Shown here in pieces: positions 56,201 to 64,000 of a DNA stretch of 64,000 bases; position 1 is the first letter of the stretch; each line of letters starts with the position of its first letter. Where the stretch lies: the NCBI GenBank assembly GCA_043228905.1, contig JBHGNT010000004.1, positions 20,088,001 through 20,152,000 on the forward strand, in the 5' to 3' direction. A program made the translations under genes and the position numbers. Below the pieces are notes generated by a model, which saw only the letters and a list, made by a program, of their open reading frames with translations, searched no databases and was not told the DNA's origin. The stretch comes from Azolla caroliniana (taxonomy: Eukaryota; Plantae; Polypodiophyta).

Positions 56201-59200
56201 GCTGAACCTCTTCTTTGAATCCACCGAAGCGTTATGGTACTCGCTAGAGAATTGGTCTAAAGGTATGTTCGAGAACAAGAAGAAGTAGAACAAGAACCAA
56301 GAACCTACATGCTCACGAAGAAGAAGAAATAAACCTAAAATCTCACGAAGACGATGAAGAAGAAAAGCCCCACTCAAGTATGTTGAGAAGAGGAAAGAAA
56401 AGAAGCCCTAATGGTACACCCAAACCACAAAATAGGCGACCTTGTAGAAATGAAGAAGAGGAAGTAAAACTCTAATGGTACGCTCCAGAGTCCAAACCAC
56501 AAAATGGGTGACCCGAAATGAGCCTGCTTCTCCTCTTTTTATAGAGAAAAAGATGCGCCTAATTTCGACATTAAATGCACTTATTCCTGATCTTTCTTTG
56601 AAAAAGAAAAAGGAATAAATAGTCCTTAATCTGCGCCATGTCGACAAAGAATCGAGCTCTACAGCCATAGTACGAGGTCTATGGCTCTAACCTCTGGGCC
56701 ATTCACCTTTATTTATTATATCTATTTTTGTATTTACATATATTTGTGTGGATGTGAGTGGGCCCTCCCTTTTCCCCTTTTCTACCTTTGGCCATGCCAC
56801 ATTACAACATTGCTTCTTGAAGATCTTAACTTGTTTTCCTGCTATTGGTATTGCTAGCCTTGTTACGTCGAGCTCGACAAGGTGGTAGGTGGCATTGCCA
56901 TTTGTGCTTGTCACCACGTATGGGCCGAATCACCATCTCGCGAATTTGCTCATGGAGCCGTGTTTATTATTGAGGTTGTTGTCGTACACAATCACCCAAT
57001 CGCCTTCTTAGATCTTCGTCGGTGTGTCTTGTCAAATTTTTCTCTTGTTCTTGAGTTGGTTGCTTCTAGCCTTCCTAGTACCAATTCCGAGTATTCTTGC
57101 CTCCTCTCGAGTTGTCATATCCTTGTTGCTAGAGCACTTCTCGGCTCATCTCATTCTCCCATGGCATCGCGACCCATGAAGTGATTGTCTCTTTGATGGG
57201 CATCACTAGCTTTTTGTCCATATATGAGCTCGGTTGGAATGAAACCTATCATTGAATTGTGGGGGGTTCGATCGGTCCACAAGGTGTAAGGAAATAACCG
57301 GGACTAGTCTCCGACTCTTCCTTCACAGGCTTTGATGGTAGCCTTAAGTATGGGCCAGTGCCCATGCTTTATTTTCTCGTTGGCCTCTATGTTACAAGTA
57401 GTCGTGAGGGAGAGCTTCACACCTAGTCGTTCAAAAACCTTTGTAGATTTGTTAGCGTTCAACTCTCCCTTATCTACCACTATCTTCCCCATGTATCGGT
57501 AGATGACATCTTCGAGCAAGAATTTCTACTGCCGCCATCATTTTGTTTGTTTGGTCTCTTCCCTCCACTTGGGTTGTCAGGTCTTCTCTCGCTAGTACCA
57601 AGTATTTCATTTGCCCCACTCCCATTGGCATGGATACCATATCTATCATCCATTTGAAGTGTATGGTAAGTGGGTAAAGTTGGGTGCAAACTCATCTCTA
57701 TGTCGTATGTTCGAATGTATTTCATAGCTTTGACATGTCCTCACAAAATGCGCGACATCCTTGTATATTTTTGGCCACCAATACTTCTCCTTTAGTATAT
57801 CAAATGTTTCCCATGTCTCGAGGACTCGAACAATCCGAAGACTTGAATGCTCCTAGGACTCGGACGCTTTGAGTACTCGAAGGTTTGGAGGACTCAAACT
57901 TAGCGGAGTAGTTGAACATTGCCAAGGACTTGAGTGTAGATGATGCAAATGTAGATAACAATGATTGAAATGAGAGGGTAATCTCATGGTTTAGGGTTAA
58001 TGAACAAGATTAGCGCGTGATTAACAACATACACCAAGTTAAACACCCAAATTCACCCTATTAGTTAAAACGAGTTTTCAAGTTGGCTTCCCAAATAACA
58101 CCATGAATGTGGTGGCTTTTACAAGACAAATAGTAAACAAAAATAGGAAATGGGAGTCTCCAATGAAGGTGAGTCGAGTGGACCGCGAAGACCGCGACTA
58201 CTACTGACAGTTACAATGCCTCGATGCTGGATTAATGTCTGCGGCTAATATTGGTCATAGTGGCAACAAAACTCCTCAAGAAACCGAGATCTCATCAATG
58301 AGAAACACATAAAAAACATGAGACCTCCATCTATCAACCATCAGAACTATTTTTCACATCATGGTCTCTTGAAGGCTCAATCATCAATGCAAACCAATTG
58401 TTTTCTATTAGACACCTGCGATAGGTTCAATCTGATCGTATTCATCCTTGCAAACACCATCTTGAGCTGCTTTTACTAGTTGAATTGAACGTCACCGTTT
58501 CTTGGTCATGAGAGTAATAGTTTTTGTTGATGAAATCAAAGTATTGTGTTAGGGGGAGAGAACCAATCATTTGAGTGGTGTTGTATTTATGATATATGAT
58601 GGCAAAGCTTTCATAGATAAAGTGTAACAACCCGTGTTTATGCTTGGATTATTATCTGCTTCACTGTTTTCAACTTGGAATAGTATCTACTTCTCGTTTT
58701 GATTTTAGCCAAGGTAAATGGTTTTCAAAAAAGACCTTGCGTTTGGGCTGTGACTCAGAAAATTTATTTTGTGAAGTTTATGTAAATGCTATTAATTGTT
58801 ATTTTAGATTTAAAGCTTGGTTGTCCTCTTACTAAAAGGTGTACATTCTTTAAACTCTTATATAATACCACATTCTATATGAACCAAGGAAAATTGATGT
58901 AAACTGAAAGAAACCATTCTATATGGACCAAGGAATTTATGCAAAAATGACTTTGTTTTACCTCGTGCAATGTTTAAGTATTGTTTAACCCTTAGTGTTG
59001 CATTATGATCTATTATAGGCCTACAATTCAGTTCAGTGAGGATGAGACCGTTTCATGTCGCTCAGTCACAAATGAAGTGCATTTCTTTGATCCACAAGAT
59101 TTCTCTAAAGGCATAGTGGATAGATTACGCCTTCCTGGAATTCAAGTTGCACAGCTTGCCACCGCTCCTTCGACACATGTTGCTGCCTATGTACCGGAGA

Positions 59201-62200
59201 TGAAGGTCTCTCTCCCTCTCTCTCTTCCCATAGTTAATTACACTATTCCCTTGGATAAGTTTGGCTTTTGGTTTGAATGTTAATTTCTCTGTCTTTCTCA
59301 TTTCTATTCTTGGAGGATCCATCACTATGTCATTCTTAGGTTATACATAAATTCCATTGGCTTCATGGAATCTGCTTGAAAGTGGACTGTGCCATTTCAT
59401 TTTCTCTCATATTTTAATCATAATAATTATATATGGATAATATGATGGAAAAATAAATAAATTTGAATGTCACAAATACATGTTCTCATGCTTCCCCTTG
59501 GGTTTCTATTTCTATGTCTATTCGGAGGGATAGCATTATTATTTCTTTAGTCTATTTGATATGCAGCATCTACACTTGCGGATTGTTTACCTGGAAAACA
59601 CTTGTGAATGTGTCATTCTGCATTTGATAAACTAAATTGTGCATTTGTTTGAAATTCAGGGTTCACCAGCGACTGTACGTATTTATGAAAGAGAAAAAGT
59701 TTCTCAAGGTGAATCTACAGCGCGTAGAAGTTTCTACAAGTCTTCTAGTGCTCGGTTGCTTTGGAATCGAGGATCTACTGGACTTTTAGTTTTAGCACAG
59801 TCAGATGTTGACAAGACCAATCAAAGTTATTATGGAGAGGCACGGCTGCACTTTCTTACTAGCAATGGTAGCCATGAAGGCTCAGTGCCATTGAGTGAGT
59901 CTTGTGACACTTAACAGACTTGTAATGTCATTTCCTTTTATGCCTGATTGTTGATAAAATGTAAAATTTGAACACTGACAGGCAAAGAGGGACCTGTACA
60001 CGATGTCCAATGGTCTCCGACTGGAAAAGAATTTTTGGTTGTGTATGGATGTATCCGTTTGGCTGAAATGATACTTGAGATGATCTGAAATACTTTGTCA
60101 TTTTTTCACTTTTGGTACTCTTGGCCTACAATGTATGGTTAATCCTTAATTGCTAGCAGTTATGCCTGCATGTGCAACCCTGTATGATGACAGGTGTAGA
60201 GTTCTTCACAATTTCAAAAGTGGGCCTTATAATACAGTTCGATGGAACCCACATGGGAGATGTATCCCTATTTACTTTCTAATTTTGGTTTATCATACGC
60301 AGTTTTTGATGCACAGAAAGCCTTTATGTATTTCTTGACTTATCATTTTTCCAGTCTTATGCTTGGCTGGCTTTGGAAATCTTCCTGGAGATATGGTGAA
60401 TTTATCTTAATTTAAGAATCAATAATATTCATGCAAATTTTTTTAATGTTCTAAATACCTTTTCTGTAGACATTTTGGGAGAGAACAGGGTTGGTTTGTC
60501 TTGGAAGCATAAGGTCGGAATGTGCAGTCACCAGTGAATGGTCACCCGATGGACGATTCTTTTTAACAGCAACAACAGCTCCTCGTTTGCAAGTTGATAA
60601 TGGGTATTGTCAGTTGTGAAACTTAATTTGGTTTCATGGGTGCAGTAGTACAAAATTAATGAAACTTATATTGTGGATACAATGGAGTAATAACAGTTCT
60701 CTATTACTTTCAGGATCAAAATTTTCAAGTATGATGGCACTATTTATTTTGAGAAGAAATATGAGAAGTTATATCAGGTATTTCCCAATGCTGGCTTTCG
60801 TTATTCTGTTTCCTTATGTGATGCTATTTTGTATCAATAGTAGTGTGGCTTGTTTGTATATGGTTGCTATGTGCTGTGTGTACAGTTGGTTGTTCTTTAT
60901 AAAAGTCTAGAAATTTACTCCCGGAGACCGCTAATGGGGATATAGATGGCATCAATTTGATGTCATACCTGAGGGGTAGTAACAATAACATGATTTGTTT
61001 GCCTGGAATCTAATGGTACATTTGGTACCTTGTATGATTTTTAATTTTTGTGATGTCTTAATAACAGGCAGAATGGAAACCATCTGCTTTTGGAGTTTAT
61101 GAAGACAGGCCAGCATCTCCGAGGATTGTAGAAAGCAAGAAAGCAGAGAAAGGTTTTCTGTTTGTAAATGTCTGACATTACATCTACATACATAGTTTGA
61201 ATATAAAGCGACTCCATAAGCCCATAGAACAATGTTATTTTTCCGACATGCAATAAAGATTGGGGTATGCAGACTTTACCAATAGCATTTTAAATCTGAG
61301 TGTTGAAGTTCATTGAGGTTGGAGTTCAGATCGTGAATGGGAGTGATTGATATTACACTAGCTCTGAAAGTGTTTTTCCATGTTAATGAAGCAAATGAGA
61401 CCTTGTATTCATTCATAGGTCATATAACAGGAACTGGTTCAAAAACATCCACTGGAGATTCATCAAAACCTGCGGCGTATCAAGCGCCACATGCTAAAGC
61501 AGCAGCTGCTATTCGAGCTCAGGTATTTTTGTGTCTCCGAAGAAAGAAAAGAAGGAAGAAAATGTGATATCGAAATGAGCGTGAAATCTAAGTCACAATG
61601 ATCATTTGATATAAGGTACAAGTGTCATATATAAACTAATGGAAGTAGTAAACTAGAATCAGAGGGACAAGTTGTGCACTACAAATGAAAGGGAGCCATA
61701 ATCAAGATTCAATCCTATAGAAGAATACAAAATGAAGTGTCAAGCTTTCCATGAACTCTCTCATAGCTTTCCTTCAAATGACAGCAAATTGATTAATGAT
61801 GAATCATCACTTGTATCCTTCTAAGTAATCTATCCCTCATATGACAGGATATACATTCATGGACATTCTAGAGTTTCCCGGATGAAATGTTTTATCTATC
61901 TGTATCCCTCGCCTAGAAAGAAAGCTATCATATTGTATGCCCAGTATGAGTCTTCCAGAGTCCTTGGTGCAGATGGTGTAATTTGTAACTTGTAAAGTAA
62001 TCTGTGATATGTAAAGATTGCATTCGATGTCTATTAGAAGGATCCCTAATTATGTATGACCATAGTGGTTAGTGAGAATTGAGGGAGCAATATAACTCTC
62101 TCTTGTCCCTGAATCCCTAAGTGGAAGGTGTAATGTTCCTGTCTCAAGCTCCCTTTGCACATCTATACGTCTGACATGTCCTCTTCTAGAAGAGAATGAA

Positions 62201-63725
62201 TTTTAACAGACAAGTCTCTATCTTTAGGGGGTGCTATGAAGTGAGTAGTTGACCATAACACATTGGAGGCTATGAGACAATTGGGTATCCATGCATGTGA
62301 GCATAGTATCAAACTATGCTTTGGTTCAGAGAAGCGGGTTCTATGGAAATCCATTGTTCCTAGTTTTCGTGAGGGAGAAGAAGATATATTACCGTCTGTC
62401 CAGAGCCCAAAATTGCTTATAAGACTAATTGAGAGATTACATCTGAATATGCATCTCATCTTGGAGAACAACGAATGAAAAAAACTGTAAATGAAGTGCC
62501 TAAGGTATCTTGGTGAAGAAGAAGCAGTTTCTATGGAAATCCATCGTTGTTTCCTAGTTTTCGTGAGGGAGAAAGAAAGATATATTACTGTCTGTCCAGA
62601 GCCCAAAATTGCTTATAAGACTGAATGAGAGATTACATCTGGATATGCATTTCATCTTGGAGAACAACGAATGAAAAAAACTGTAAATGAAGTAGTTAAA
62701 ACTGGCTAAGGTATCTTGGCGAAGAAGAAGAGGGAGGGAGAGTCCAGGCATATATGGATCCTTTTTAACAAATTTCTTTGTTGTGTATTGAAGCTGATTG
62801 GCGAGGATACATCAAGGTATATTCTTTTTAGACTAATGTTGTGTAGATTTTTTATATCATTTGACATTAACTTTGTCCTCGTAATGAGTTTTGTGGTGTT
62901 CTTTGATCTATCAGTGAACTAAGTAAAAATGCGTTAAAGAACAAGAAACGAAGAGAGAAGCAAAAAGAAAAGAAAGATGCGGTTGAAACTACTGCACCTG
63001 CTAAAGAAGAAACAACGGAACTTGTAAGGGTTTTACTACCAAGAAAATTTTCATTATACATTAGAATGTTGTTATGTATAAAATCATCTGAACTCCATAT
63101 TCTTCTGTACTGCTATTTGGGCATCCTATGTGATGATGACAGTATCCATGAAACATGTATTATGCTGTACAGAGAAATATTGTATTATCATTTTCAGTGA
63201 CGGTTTTGGAAGTCTTAGTATCACATTTGGTATAGACATGGTAGGAAAGGCTTGTGCATCAGTTAACTCTGAAGCTTGCATATGGAGGACCCAACCCTTT
63301 CTTTACTTGTTGCATGTTTTTGTCAAAGAAAGCAAACATTTTCACTGTAAGTTCACATTAAGTAAAATTTGTAACTGGATTATCCTCAGGGACAAAAACT
63401 TGAGGCTCTCTCTATTCCCCACGATGGTGATGTAGATGTCACAGGTTTGCCATCCATTGTTTATAGTTCTTGCATTATATTATCTCAGTATGACGTTTGT
63501 TGGATATGATCACTTCTTATTGTATGTCATCTGTAAGCAGTTCAAGCTGATGATATTGGAAAGAAGTTGAGATCTCTCCAAAAAAAGCTGAGACAAATTG
63601 AGGAGATAAAGAAAAAGATTGCTAGTGGGAGCGGAACTGATGTGTTAAATCCTGCTCAGCAAGAGAAGCTATCTCAAGAATCTGCTATCAGAGAAGAGAT
63701 AAGGACATTGGAAGCACAATTGTAA
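52487..63725 (+). CDS. EIF2A: Eukaryotic translation initiation factor 2A (WD40), 16 exons
   Basis: Exons 52487-52508, 52598-52670, 53225-53497, 59019-59205, 59660-59894, 59982-60050, 60160-60261, 60355-60395, 60470-60603, 60714-60777, 61068-61152, 61419(or 61431)-61522, 62794-62816, 62915-63023, 63390-63444, 63541(or 63538)-63725. Motifs DVDKTNQSYYGE, EGPVHDVQWSP, VVYGFMPA, LAGFGNLPGDM, TATTAPRLQVDNG, KKLRQIEE. Confidence 0.92.
54341..58240 (-). mobile_element. Decayed, rearranged Ty3/gypsy in eIF2A intron 3
   Basis: Minus-strand integrase core LEDVIYRY...IVVDKGEL...LTTTCNIEANEKIKHGH...LWTDRT at about 56800-57800. Related LTR-like blocks start at 54341 and 55687; 54540-54915 is repeated at 57890-58230. 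Confidence 0.75.
60051..60159 (+). other. U12-type (minor spliceosome) GT-AG intron
   Basis: 5' site GTATCCGTT; branch point TCCTTAAT about 10 nt before the AG. Splicing restores VVYG-F-MPA. Confidence 0.75.
60262..60354 (+). other. U12-type GT-AG intron
   Basis: 5' site GTATCCCT; branch-like TTTCTTGAC at 60331-60339. Splicing restores HGR-F-LCLAGFG. Confidence 0.65.
62339..62730. repeat. Tandem duplication of about 190 bp in an eIF2A intron
   Basis: TTCTATGGAAATCCAT...AAGGTATCTTGGYGAAGAAGAAG occurs twice, starting at 62339 and 62529. Confidence 0.9.
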
Positions 63726-64000
63726 GGTGCATATTTTGGCAGTGTCAGCCATTTGAGCCTGTTTTGGTAATTGATGAGCATAATAAAGATGTCCATCTCA
63801 AGACTTCGCATGAGCTGGATTTTATCCACCATAGCTTTAAATTGAAGGAAAAAGGATGGAACAGGATCCTAGAAGAGTTTTGGTAGTCTCACAATATTTT
63901 TGTATTTGTGATAAAAAGTAAAAAGGTCCCGAGTTCACTATATGTCTTGGGTCATGTCATATCATACATTTTAAATCTCTAATGATGGTGATGTCTGGGC

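Overview
Eukaryotic nuclear DNA from a land plant, probably a non-seed plant such as a bryophyte, lycophyte or fern (inferred from TE families and gene structure). Positions 1-32 kb are a nested transposon stack: L1 LINE remnants; an old minus-strand copia end; gypsy element A (from 4085), split by a full-length copia (5048-10556); a minus-strand gypsy pol fragment C, split by the 15-kb gypsy element B (13434-28541); and, inside B, a solo LTR (14759-15478) and an apparently intact hAT transposon (22897-27815). Positions 33-64 kb hold three spliced host genes: a PDIL2-1-type protein disulfide isomerase (+), cyclin L1 (-, in-frame TAA in exon 2) and eIF2A (+, two adjacent U12-type introns and a decayed gypsy in intron 3). 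The stand-out observation is element B. Its primer-binding site is a complete 76-nt antisense tRNA-Arg(UCU) including CCA. Where the polypurine tract should be, it carries a sense copy of the same tRNA's 3' end. This suggests a gypsy lineage that carries its own primer tRNA and uses tRNA(-like) priming for both strands. All coordinates were read by eye; no database searches were run.
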